From positions 2,208,001-2,272,000 of the forward strand of contig CP147779.1 of the NCBI GenBank assembly GCA_037308085.1: a DNA stretch of 64,000 bases. Direction: 5' to 3'. The notes below the pieces were generated by a model. That model was not told the DNA's origin. It made no database searches and saw nothing but the letters and a program-made list of their open reading frames with translations. This document shows positions 17,776 to 27,007 of the stretch, piece after piece (position 1 is the first letter of the stretch; the number at the start of each line of letters is the position of its first letter). The position numbers and the translations under genes were made by a program. The DNA is from Promethearchaeati archaeon SRVP18_Atabeyarchaeia-1. GTDB taxonomy: Archaea > Asgardarchaeota > Atabeyarchaeia > Atabeyarchaeales > Atabeyarchaeaceae.

Positions 17776-20040
17776 TTATAGTATCAATGCCTCCTTTTTC
17801 CTTGGCAGTATACCGACTTCATGGCTGTAATCGGCTTCGACGAAGCTCATACCAAACTTTTCGCGCAGATCAAGGTCTTTTCTCTCGATTTCTTTGATTG
17901 TGTATATTGGTAGCTCTATGACGTGAGCTAGAACTTTCGCCCTCGCGTCGTTTTTGCACTTGTCGGATAGCTGCCTCCAGTTATCGAGTATGCTTTTCAT
18001 TTCTCCGTAGATCTGATCGTTTTCTCCCGTCGGTATGACTGGTAGTGATATGAATTTATCATCCCTCGTTTTCAAGAGGTCTTCTCCGAAAGAACTTCTG
18101 TGAATCTTGTCTTTGAAATCAGATAATGGTCTTAGCTGCAGGTACTTGTCATACGTTGTTCTGATTTTTTCATAGTATTCGTTATTCACTTTGAGAAAAT
18201 CAAGCTCTGATCTAGGGTTGAAGCCGTTAAGTACATCAAGGGTTGCTTTCATTTGATCCTCGGTGTATGGAAGCGGCTTCTCTGTTCTGAATACTTGTAC
18301 CTCACAGATTTCCTTCTCAGCCTTTCTGTTTACCCTGCCGCACCTCTGGACAAGAGCATCAAACGGCGCTATCTCTGTGAACATTACGTCAAAATCGATG
18401 TCCAGAGAAACTTCTATGATCTGCGTCGAGACCAGCAGGAAGGGCCTGTTCTTGAATTCATCCTTCTTCAGAGTCTCAAGGGCTTCCGTTTTCTTCCTCT
18501 TGTCTTCGTAGGAGAACCGTCCGTGCGTCAAAAGGATCTCGGTATCTTGATGGAACCTTCCTCTCTCCTTTAAGAGTGAGTACATAGCCTTCGCTCTATC
18601 TACTGTGTTCAGAACGACAAGAGCCTTCTTCTTATTTTCTTTAACCGCCCTTATTATTTCATCGATGTAACTTGAGTCATATTTCTCATTGTCAACCTTC
18701 TTTATCAGGAAATCATCTCTCAAACTAATTCTTACCCTTTTCTTGTCGCTGTATCTTTGGTCAACCAGGTTAGAAGGTAGAATCTCTGTCGCCCCGATTC
18801 TCTTCTTCAATTCGTCTTCTATTAGCGTTGGGAGTGTTGCTGACATGACTAATATTCTAGTATTGTGGTAGTTCTTGAGATATTCGAGGGCATCGAGAAT
18901 CAGAGCGAGTGTGTACGGTGAGTAGCTATGAATCTCGTCCACGATTAGGTAAGAGTTGTTCAGAGATACCTCAAGCAACGGATAGTGCCGGTAGTTCATT
19001 AATGCAAGCAAGATCCGATCTATCGTTGTTACTACCACTCTGTTAATATTGTATTCGTGGTAGCTCTTCTTGTCAAGTTGTTCTTCGTCATACAAGCTTA
19101 AGTAAAGCAGATGATGTGAGAATGAAACATTGCCTTTGCCAAAGTAGCGATCTTCAAACCTGTGTCTCATAGACTCAACCGTTGTTACCGTTGGTAGTGT
19201 GTAGATGACCTTGTTTATGCCACTCAACTTCGACAGGAGCGCTGTCTCGGTTTTCCCGTCGCCGGTTGGTAGCCTCAGGAACCCGCAATTGAAGGTTCGG
19301 CTCCTAACATGATCCTGGTAATCGTAGAGTCTCCATCCCTTGGCTTTGACATAGTTCTCTACACTTCTCCGCACGTAAGTCGGGTCCGTAATGAGTACCT
19401 TCTCAACATCTAATTCTCCACTCGCCACCCAATCTGACAGTCTAACCACGCCGTTAAAAAGTGAGTAAAGATACCGGTGGTGTGGCTTGTCCGAGAGATA
19501 GTCGTAGGACTCAGCCATGAGGTCGTAAGCGTTTTCGAAGTTCCCGTTTACCACCTCGTATCCAGGGGAGTCGTACCTTACGCGGCTATACAGGTCTCCA
19601 TGGTAATCCGAGTGATGGGTTGCAATGGATAAGAGACTCAATCTGGTTAGAAGCTCTTTCGCATTCTCTCCCAACTGCGGACAGTTCCGAGCTATGAACG
19701 AGTCGATGACCTTCTTTGCCAAGGGTAAGGAGAAAAGTGCATGCGGACATAAGGAAGGTCTATTCCAATTATTCCTCTTATCAGTTTGAAAACGTTCATC
19801 AAGCTTCCCCAGATCATGCAGATACGCATGCAAAACCATGAAACTTGTCAACATATCTTTGTCCACTGAGATCTTTCGTAGAAAGTCAAGAACGTTGCTT
19901 GCGACAAAAACTCGCTGCACGATTTTTTCCGATGCTTGCCCAACTTCTTGAAGGTGTTCGTATAGGTTCTTGTCTTCCTTTCCTGCAACTGATTTCAGTG
20001 CCTTGATAAATTCCTCAGAAAAGATAGACTGCATCTCCAT
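17776..20040 (-). CDS. cas3: Cas3 HD nuclease-helicase
   Basis: LHDLGK, THH, PTGDGKTE, DEIH, MSAT, STQIIEVSLDIDFD, QRCGRVNR. Confidence 0.96.
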   Translation of the reverse strand: MEMQSIFSEEFIKALKSVAGKEDKNLYEHLQEVGQASEKIVQRVFVASNVLDFLRKISVDKDMLTSFMVLHAYLHDLGKLDERFQTDKRNNWNRPSLCPHALFSLPLAKKVIDSFIARNCPQLGENAKELLTRLSLLSIATHHSDYHGDLYSRVRYDSPGYEVVNGNFENAYDLMAESYDYLSDKPHHRYLYSLFNGVVRLSDWVASGELDVEKVLITDPTYVRRSVENYVKAKGWRLYDYQDHVRSRTFNCGFLRLPTGDGKTETALLSKLSGINKVIYTLPTVTTVESMRHRFEDRYFGKGNVSFSHHLLYLSLYDEEQLDKKSYHEYNINRVVVTTIDRILLALMNYRHYPLLEVSLNNSYLIVDEIHSYSPYTLALILDALEYLKNYHNTRILVMSATLPTLIEDELKKRIGATEILPSNLVDQRYSDKKRVRISLRDDFLIKKVDNEKYDSSYIDEIIRAVKENKKKALVVLNTVDRAKAMYSLLKERGRFHQDTEILLTHGRFSYEDKRKKTEALETLKKDEFKNRPFLLVSTQIIEVSLDIDFDVMFTEIAPFDALVQRCGRVNRKAEKEICEVQVFRTEKPLPYTEDQMKATLDVLNGFNPRSELDFLKVNNEYYEKIRTTYDKYLQLRPLSDFKDKIHRSSFGEDLLKTRDDKFISLPVIPTGENDQIYGEMKSILDNWRQLSDKCKNDARAKVLAHVIELPIYTIKEIERKDLDLREKFGMSFVEADYSHEVGILPRKKEALIL

Positions 20041-20716
20041 CAAAATCAAACACGCCCTTCTTGATAGGCTTTTTCAGTCGCAGTTCCACTCCAGAGTAGT
20101 AGAAAACGTTCAAGGGGACAAACCGTCTACTTCTGCCTTTGCCCACAAAATCTACTGGGATCTTTGTTTCTCTAGGTGGAAGAAAATCATCTTTTATTCT
20201 AGAAAATGTAGAATGGTATTCATTGTAAATATCCGAAGGAAGAATGCAGTTCAGCTTCTCCGCGGGCTTTTCCTTTATCTCCAGAAGCGTGACGAAATTC
20301 GGGTTAGTATGGGTTGGGTAAAACAGGTTCTCGGAGTCGCCCAGTGTCAGGACAAATTTCGGATCGCGTATTGCGTCGTGGGCTTCTTTCACCATATTAT
20401 CATCTTTCGAAGAAAGAAAAACTTTGTAGACGGGCATGTACACCATGTTCTTGGTTATCGGGTATCTTGGTGCCTCCTTGCTTTTGTATATTGCCGCCGT
20501 TTCGGTGAGAACCTCTCCGTGATTCTCGATGATTAATCCGTACCTGAAGTTCTTGATGTTCTCTAGAAACTCGTCTTCATTCCAACCTATTGCTGCGCCG
20601 ATCATGCCGATGACCGTGGTTTTGGGCGGGAACAGATATGTGTCCATCAGCAGCGAATTGTAGGGTATTCTGAAGAACGAGAATATCCCAGTCAGTCTCA
20701 GAGTGAGCCCAAGCAT
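20015..20716 (-). CDS. cas5: Cas5
   Basis: FRIPY...TYLFPPKTTVIGMIGAAIG, LTLGDSE; position in operon. Confidence 0.92.
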   Translation of the reverse strand: MLGLTLRLTGIFSFFRIPYNSLLMDTYLFPPKTTVIGMIGAAIGWNEDEFLENIKNFRYGLIIENHGEVLTETAAIYKSKEAPRYPITKNMVYMPVYKVFLSSKDDNMVKEAHDAIRDPKFVLTLGDSENLFYPTHTNPNFVTLLEIKEKPAEKLNCILPSDIYNEYHSTFSRIKDDFLPPRETKIPVDFVGKGRSRRFVPLNVFYYSGVELRLKKPIKKGVFDFDGDAVYLF

Positions 20717-20725
20717 AAAGACCGC

Positions 20726-21649
20726 CTACAATACCTTCTCTCTCATCAGATTGTCCTTCAATTCCTTGAGAGAAACTACTGTTATCTTCTTGCTGCCAAG
20801 TGCCTCAATCTCTTTTAGATTCTCGAATTTCTCCTTAAGCACCCCAATGTAAGCCTTGTTGATGTACTCATCGAAGGTTGAGAGCACTTCCTTGAGCAAC
20901 GCAGTATTCATGACGTATTTTTCGTCCTTGTACTCTTGCTTGATTCTGAAGTTGTCTCCCACGACCGGGATTTTCCTGTTGAGTAACACAACTACAACGG
21001 CTTCTGGATACGCTTTGGTGAAGAACCTCGACAGATGTCCTCCACCGTAATACGTGAGTATAGCAGTGAATAGGGCTTTTATTCTGCTTTCTCTATGGTC
21101 ATTCTCTATTGACGCTGGTTTTTCGACTTCACCTTTTATGAAGTTGCCCACTCTGTCCACTTCGATGAAGAAGTTTCCACGCATGATGTTAGTAGCGATT
21201 TCTGTTTCGTGTATGTTGTGTTGCTCTTCCCCGGAGGGGTCGTATCTTACACCAAAATCTCTATCCTCCTGGTATGGGAAGATAGAGATCATTCCGTTGG
21301 TTCTTACGGGGGCGGTCCTTTTCCACGTGACTTTGCCTGCTAACATGTAACCAAACAGGTCATCATCGACGTATTTTACGGGGTCACCAGCCGAAACCAG
21401 AACTTGCCCCTCGCCACGCTCTCCCTTCAGCTTTGTTATAGGGGAGATGCTTTCGTCGCCCAGAATCTCCCTTACCATCTGCTTCAACTGAAACTTTAGG
21501 GATTGTCCTGATACGCGGACGTATTCTTTCATGTCCACAGGATCTCGAACCTTTTTCAGGACACTGATAACTCCTTCTGTGCCATTAGAGTTCAGGTTTG
21601 CCCCTTCCACTCTCGTCAATGTCACAATCTCTATTCCTTTGTTTGCCAT
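20726..21649 (-). CDS. cas7: Cas7 (Cst2/DevR-like)
   Basis: ANLNSNG...LKK, YVRVSGQSLKF, DDDLFGYM, KRTAPV. Confidence 0.92.
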   Translation of the reverse strand: MANKGIEIVTLTRVEGANLNSNGTEGVISVLKKVRDPVDMKEYVRVSGQSLKFQLKQMVREILGDESISPITKLKGERGEGQVLVSAGDPVKYVDDDLFGYMLAGKVTWKRTAPVRTNGMISIFPYQEDRDFGVRYDPSGEEQHNIHETEIATNIMRGNFFIEVDRVGNFIKGEVEKPASIENDHRESRIKALFTAILTYYGGGHLSRFFTKAYPEAVVVVLLNRKIPVVGDNFRIKQEYKDEKYVMNTALLKEVLSTFDEYINKAYIGVLKEKFENLKEIEALGSKKITVVSLKELKDNLMREKVL

Positions 21650-21650
21650 T

Positions 21651-22985
21651 CTACTTACCTCCATGAATCGCACTTAACATTCCGTTTAGTAGTATTGCCT
21701 TGGCTTCCCTCCAACTTTTCTCACTTTCGTTTATTGCCCTCAAGTCCATGCTGATCTTCAGCTTCGCCTGTAACTCGACTAAGCTGCTGTAAAACTGCTC
21801 CAAACCTCTCGCCCTGAAAACTTCCCATACAAAGTTATCGAGGTTTGTCCCCTTCATCTTGCTGCCAAGCACGTAGCCAAGCTTATTTATCCGGTCAAAC
21901 ATCTCTTTCTCCAAACCAAATACCTCCATGAAGCTTGTAACAAAATAGAGATAGTTATATGGAACCACGATTCTTTCCTTGTGCTTTATCCTCTCCATTA
22001 TGATTTCGTTCAATGTTACAAAGTCAATCTTACCGTCCAGGAGTCCTTTCGCAAACTCCTCCCTTAGACGGCAGCTTTCAGCAAAGTCCCCCTTGTTCGC
22101 CATCAAGTTATCAAAGAATCCAGAGAAAACCAAATTCTCCGGGGTCTTTTTCATTGGTCTCTTCTTCTCATCCATTTTTTGCCAGTTTCCAACGCCTTCT
22201 TTTATCAGCCTCACGAAAAACTCAGTAAACTTGTCCAGTGAATTCCCTTCTACATACTTTTGATGGTATATTTGTTTGGAGCCTATTGCCAAGACCAATT
22301 GCACGTTGCCTATTGTGTCTTCAAGATCTTTTATCAGCTTTTTTTCGTATAAGATCCTCACAAACTCGAAAAGTGTCACAAGGATAGTTTCGTAGGGGTG
22401 GGCGGTTGGGATATTAAATTTCCTGATTTTGTTGAAGTTGCTTGGATCTCGCAGATCCGATGCTTTGAACCATGTGTTTATCTTCCAGAGATGTTCGAGA
22501 TCATAAGAGTCAAAGAAAAACATTAGTCTCCCTTTTTTATATAGATAAGCCATTGCCGAGAAAAGAGTGAATCCGCACTTCTTGCAAAGGCTTAGTCTCG
22601 CTTCCTCTGGTGTGATTGAATCGATTTTACGCTCGAAAGGGAACACATAGATTCTATTTGGAAAGACATCTTCTTCTTTTCCGCAGTATGAACACTGCCC
22701 GCGTTTCGTATTGAAGAAGGAAGCGCCAAGGATCTCACCATATCGAATGCTCCTTCCAGAAACCTCAAAGTATTTCTTCATGGCTTTCAGCATGTCTTTC
22801 TCAGTCGAACCAACGTTGCTGCTTCCAACCAGTTCTTCCACTGGCTTCCTGAAATTCTTTCTTATGAACTCGTCGGTCACGTCAATGACTCTGAGGACTT
22901 CGCCGATCGAAGAGAAGTCTTCTCTTCTCTCCTTCTCCATCTCCGCCAGAAACAGCTTTCCGTTGCGATAGTATTCGTCGAGCAC
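21651..22985 (-). CDS. cas8: Cas8 large subunit with Zn-finger (CxxC...CxxC)
   Basis: CSYCG...LCKKCG and a helical C-terminus; immediately upstream of cas7. Confidence 0.8.
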   Translation of the reverse strand: MLDEYYRNGKLFLAEMEKERREDFSSIGEVLRVIDVTDEFIRKNFRKPVEELVGSSNVGSTEKDMLKAMKKYFEVSGRSIRYGEILGASFFNTKRGQCSYCGKEEDVFPNRIYVFPFERKIDSITPEEARLSLCKKCGFTLFSAMAYLYKKGRLMFFFDSYDLEHLWKINTWFKASDLRDPSNFNKIRKFNIPTAHPYETILVTLFEFVRILYEKKLIKDLEDTIGNVQLVLAIGSKQIYHQKYVEGNSLDKFTEFFVRLIKEGVGNWQKMDEKKRPMKKTPENLVFSGFFDNLMANKGDFAESCRLREEFAKGLLDGKIDFVTLNEIIMERIKHKERIVVPYNYLYFVTSFMEVFGLEKEMFDRINKLGYVLGSKMKGTNLDNFVWEVFRARGLEQFYSSLVELQAKLKISMDLRAINESEKSWREAKAILLNGMLSAIHGGK

Positions 22986-23158
22986 AACCCTCTCCTCACT
23001 ATTACTTATATCTTGATCATATAAATGATCACCGTTGGGCGCGTTCGGGATTCTGCTGGGCTACTGGGGCCACATGAAGCCGCGCAGAATCATCATCGAT
23101 AACATGTTGGTGAAGTGCTTGTCAGTACACTTTGCGCCCGTAGGGACGTTGTGGGTGG

Positions 23159-23866
23159 TTATCTTAAGGGGTTTATGAAGCCGAAGCCTAGGCTGTTTTT
23201 CTCTCCGAGTCCGCAGTCCATTATGAACTCATAGAATTTCCTGTTCTCGACTGTGTCGATGCCGTATTTTTCAAGAAGTTTCCAGACGCTCCCTATTATT
23301 ATGAACTCTTTGTCTCCTCTCTTTGCTCGTACTGAGACTTCCTTTCTGAATACTAGTCTGTCGAAGATGTTTCCGGTCAGGTCGTAGTTTTCCATGTAGA
23401 AGGCGTTATACTTTTTTATGGCGTTCTCCTTGATGCGCTGTAGGAAGAAGCTGAGGTCACTGTTTCGCTCAAAAGAATAGTATCGGTTTTGGCGGTTATC
23501 TTCGTAAATGGTTATGGGGCTTGCAGAGATGAATCGACTGCTCAACTCGGGTCGAACTACTTTATGCCTAGCTTCAATATCGTGGTCGCCAAGCTTGAAC
23601 CTTCGCTCCGCTCTAAGAGTCTTCGTCATCGATTCTATTAGGTATTCATTAGGGGAGGAAATCAGGACGTTCTTTTCCTGTCCCACTCTAAAGTCGCCGA
23701 TTGGAAAGATGTCTGAGAAACAGAAGAACTTGAACCTGGGTAGATTATGGTATTCGTCAACATCTTCCTCTCTGATAAGAGAATAAACGAGCCCCTGAAC
23801 AGTATGCTTATTAATCGAGTCATAGGAGAAATCATCCACGGGTGAAAAGGTGAGTAGTATACGCAT
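23159..23866 (-). CDS. cas6: Cas6 endoribonuclease
   Basis: FKFFCFS, ISSP, C-terminal GLGEKNSLGFG. Confidence 0.96.
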   Translation of the reverse strand: MRILLTFSPVDDFSYDSINKHTVQGLVYSLIREEDVDEYHNLPRFKFFCFSDIFPIGDFRVGQEKNVLISSPNEYLIESMTKTLRAERRFKLGDHDIEARHKVVRPELSSRFISASPITIYEDNRQNRYYSFERNSDLSFFLQRIKENAIKKYNAFYMENYDLTGNIFDRLVFRKEVSVRAKRGDKEFIIIGSVWKLLEKYGIDTVENRKFYEFIMDCGLGEKNSLGFGFINPLR

Positions 23867-24313
23867 GGGTACGAATTCATGATGCTTTTATTTTAAACTT
23901 GTGCAGGTTCCGTCAGCTTGCTGTGGGATGAGATTGGTGACATTACCCAGTATACCGAGTATCAGAAGCCCCCTGCCTACCAGAGGATTATCGCCACAAT
24001 TCCCCTAGGGTAAAAACAGTTTATTAGATCCCACGAAGACTTAGCAGAACCCGATGGCATTCAGAATTTCATAACTCATCACAGTGACGCTCAAGAACGG
24101 GCAAGATCAACATTATTAGATCTGGCGATCATGAGCCATTGCTTGGATCGTTCCTACGCTTTGGACCAGAACTGAACACAACTCGGCTTATGTGAATCAT
24201 CCGAAGCAATGGATGATTAGAACTCGGCATGAGAAGACATATCAGGTCCCATTGGGCGTGCATGAGTAAACTGGAGGAGTCAGAAACGAAGACTGCCTAC
24301 TGACACACAGCAA

Positions 24314-24480
24314 TTGTCAGCACGTACTGACGGAGGCGTTCCCCCAAGAAACTGGCTCATTTTGGGGGGTCTCGATGTGTCTTGTCATTGGGCCGTCCTG
24401 AGGGTGATGTTGAGTCTCGCAGCAAACGCCGTGAAGATACGGTCACTCAACGTCGGGCAGGTGGTGTTCATGCAGCGAGT
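24314..24480 (-). mobile_element. Decayed tnpB 3' end plus downstream non-coding motif
   Basis: Minus strand NTTCPTLSDRIFT...RLNI resembles TnpB C-terminal TSxxC...LSDRxFxC...NAAxNI; followed by a motif 33/37 identical to 5708-5744. Confidence 0.45.
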
Positions 24481-24634
24481 GAGCCAACTCTCAGAAATGC
24501 TGTTCGTGGAGAGGAAGTACTTCGACACTTTCAAGAAGCTCTGCGCAATTGCTATAACCTTGGAGCAGCGCCAGTTGTCTGACGATAGGAAGGTGTATCT
24601 CGAGTAGCTACTACCTGAGATGCTGCGATAGGAG

Positions 24635-25855
24635 GTGCCGTCAGATTTGCCTATCCGTGGAAGTCTCCCCAAGGTAGTCTCGTCGGTTGAGAACGCGACC
24701 ATAGTCACGTTGGGCGGACTAATTGAGGGTGGCTCCATAATCATCAGGGATGGAAGGATAGCAGAGATCCTGAGGAGAGACTCTGCGTCCACTGAGCAAC
24801 GAGGATCTGCCAACAGGATTGATGCCAGAGACAAGATTGTGGTTCCCGGCATGATTGACATCCACACGCACGGGGTCCAAGGAGGCTCGGCCCTCGATTC
24901 CAAAGCCGAGTCAATCAGGAAGATGTGCAAGCACTTTCCAAGTCACGGGGTCACGGGGTTTCTGCCAACCACCTGTGCCGAACCCAGGGATGTACTTGTT
25001 GAAACTGCAAGATCAGTTGCAGAGATCATCCGTGAAGGAGCGCCTGCGAGCGGCGCACAAGTGCTGGGATTGAACCTTGAGGGGCCATTCATAAGCAAGG
25101 TCAAGCCTGGGGCACAACCCCCCAGTTTCATCAGAGATCCAAGCTTCGAGGAATTCGAGGAAATCTGCGAAGCATCCGGGGAAAACGTCAAGTTAATAAC
25201 TGTTGCACCAGAGCTGAAGGGTTCTCTTGAATTCATCAGGAGGGCAAGAGCAAAGGGCGTTGTCATCGCCGCGGGGCACAGCAACGCCACGTACGACGAG
25301 ATGATTGCAGGGATCGGTGCGGGCATAACGCATGCTTCCCATACGTACAACGCTATGAGAGAGTTCAAGCACCGCGATCCAGGGATGCTCGCCGCCATAC
25401 TCACGAATGACGAGGTAACGGCCGAGCTGATAGCGGACAACGTTCATGTTCACGAGGGAGCTATGAAGCTCCTCATCAAAGCCAAAGGCGTGGGCAGAAT
25501 TGTTGCAGTGTCAGACAGCATGCCACTTGCAGGAATGCCGGATGGAGAATATGATCTAATGGGGTTCAAGATTAAGATGAAGAACCAAGTACTCACTCTG
25601 CCCGGAGGGCAGTTAGCAGGCAGCGGAACCACGCTTGAGAAGTCGATGAGAGTCATGACGGTGAATCTAGGGATTCCGCTGTCCGACGCTGTGTTGATGA
25701 CCGCTACAAACCCAGCCCGAATTATCGGGATAGGCGGGAGCAAGGGAAGCATCGAAGAAGGAAAGGACGCTGACCTCGCGATCCTAAACAAGGAAGATCT
25801 TTCAGTCCACGCGACTATCATAAAAGGGCAAGTCGCCTACCAAAGGAGCTACTAG
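24635..25855 (+). CDS. nagA: N-acetylglucosamine-6-phosphate deacetylase
   Basis: PGMIDIHTHG, LEGPF, GHSNAT, HTYNAM, IADNVH, LAGS, NPAR. Confidence 0.93.
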   Translation: MPSDLPIRGSLPKVVSSVENATIVTLGGLIEGGSIIIRDGRIAEILRRDSASTEQRGSANRIDARDKIVVPGMIDIHTHGVQGGSALDSKAESIRKMCKHFPSHGVTGFLPTTCAEPRDVLVETARSVAEIIREGAPASGAQVLGLNLEGPFISKVKPGAQPPSFIRDPSFEEFEEICEASGENVKLITVAPELKGSLEFIRRARAKGVVIAAGHSNATYDEMIAGIGAGITHASHTYNAMREFKHRDPGMLAAILTNDEVTAELIADNVHVHEGAMKLLIKAKGVGRIVAVSDSMPLAGMPDGEYDLMGFKIKMKNQVLTLPGGQLAGSGTTLEKSMRVMTVNLGIPLSDAVLMTATNPARIIGIGGSKGSIEEGKDADLAILNKEDLSVHATIIKGQVAYQRSY

Positions 25856-26106
25856 AGAGAAAGTTGCGGAGACTAAGACCTGATTGGGCAGGAAAACTGG
25901 CCTTGTCTCCCCGAGAGAGAGTCTAGGAAGGCTCATGATGGCTTTCCGACGAGAATCTACCTCAGGGCTTTCCAAGACCCATGACCCGGAAAAAGGTCCC
26001 GACATCACGTGGCGCGCGTTTTCTTCATGCAGATTCACAAAAGAATTAATATTCGATCCGTCTCAGAATCATGCGGTAACTGTCAGCTCTAGGAGATGGA
26101 CTAGCC

Positions 26107-26805
26107 TTGACACCCAACAGCAAAAACAAAAATAGGAAACTTGGCAAGCAAAGGATCAAGGTCAGTGAGAATGGCCCCTACCTTGTATCCGGTGGAATTC
26201 CCCTGTTCACACTGACAATCTGCACGGATGCCACAGGGGATCCCAGTGGATGGCGCGTCGGTAAGAAATATCCCTTGCTAGAGAGCTATTCCCTTTGTCG
26301 CTGTGGGCAGTCAAGGAACAAACCCTTCTGCGATGGAACACACGCCAAGATCAATTTTAACGGCACCGAGACAGCCAGCCGAGAGTTCTATATCAAACAA
26401 GCCGAAAGGATGAATGGACCCGACATAGAATTGACTGACAATAGGAGCCTATGCTCCCGCGTTCGATTCTGCCATAGGGCGGGTGGAATCTGGAATCTCA
26501 TTCCGGAATCTGGGAACAGTAAGGCAAGAGCGATGGCTATCAAAGAAGCGGCATGCTGCGCATCTGGCCGGCTGGTCGTTTGGGACAAGAAGACTGGGAA
26601 GCAGATTGAGCCGAGGTTTCAAAAGTCAATAGCACTGGTTGAAGGACCGCAGGAAGGCGCAAGTGGCCCAATCTGGGTGCGTGGCGGAATCCCGATTGAA
26701 TCTGCCGACGGCAGCACCTACGAAATCCGTAACCGCGTTACCCTCTGCCGCTGCGGCAAATCCTCAAACAAGCCCTTGTGCGACGGGAGCCACGTCTCAA
26801 AATGA
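26107..26805 (+). CDS. CDGSH-type iron-sulfur protein (two CDGSH domains around a central Fe-S domain)
   Basis: LCRCGQSRNKPFCDGTH and LCRCGKSSNKPLCDGSH. Confidence 0.92.
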   Translation: MTPNSKNKNRKLGKQRIKVSENGPYLVSGGIPLFTLTICTDATGDPSGWRVGKKYPLLESYSLCRCGQSRNKPFCDGTHAKINFNGTETASREFYIKQAERMNGPDIELTDNRSLCSRVRFCHRAGGIWNLIPESGNSKARAMAIKEAACCASGRLVVWDKKTGKQIEPRFQKSIALVEGPQEGASGPIWVRGGIPIESADGSTYEIRNRVTLCRCGKSSNKPLCDGSHVSK

Positions 26806-27007
26806 CCCGACACAATGCCGGGTCAGAGTCTACTGTTCTGCTGTAGAGATTCGGTGCGTTTCTGGAAGGAGTTTGGATCTGGGAAACCTTGGGGTTCCTG
26901 TCTCGCCATCTCGACACGAGATATATGCGGCTTTTCGATTGAACAAGCAAGACTTAAAGCTGAACATGGAGGAATATTCCTAGTAACGCTGAATCGTCGT
27001 TGATAAA

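Noticed and set aside
23880-24310. Remnant cas regulator or Argonaute upstream of cas6
   Set aside because: No recognisable motif in any frame I read.
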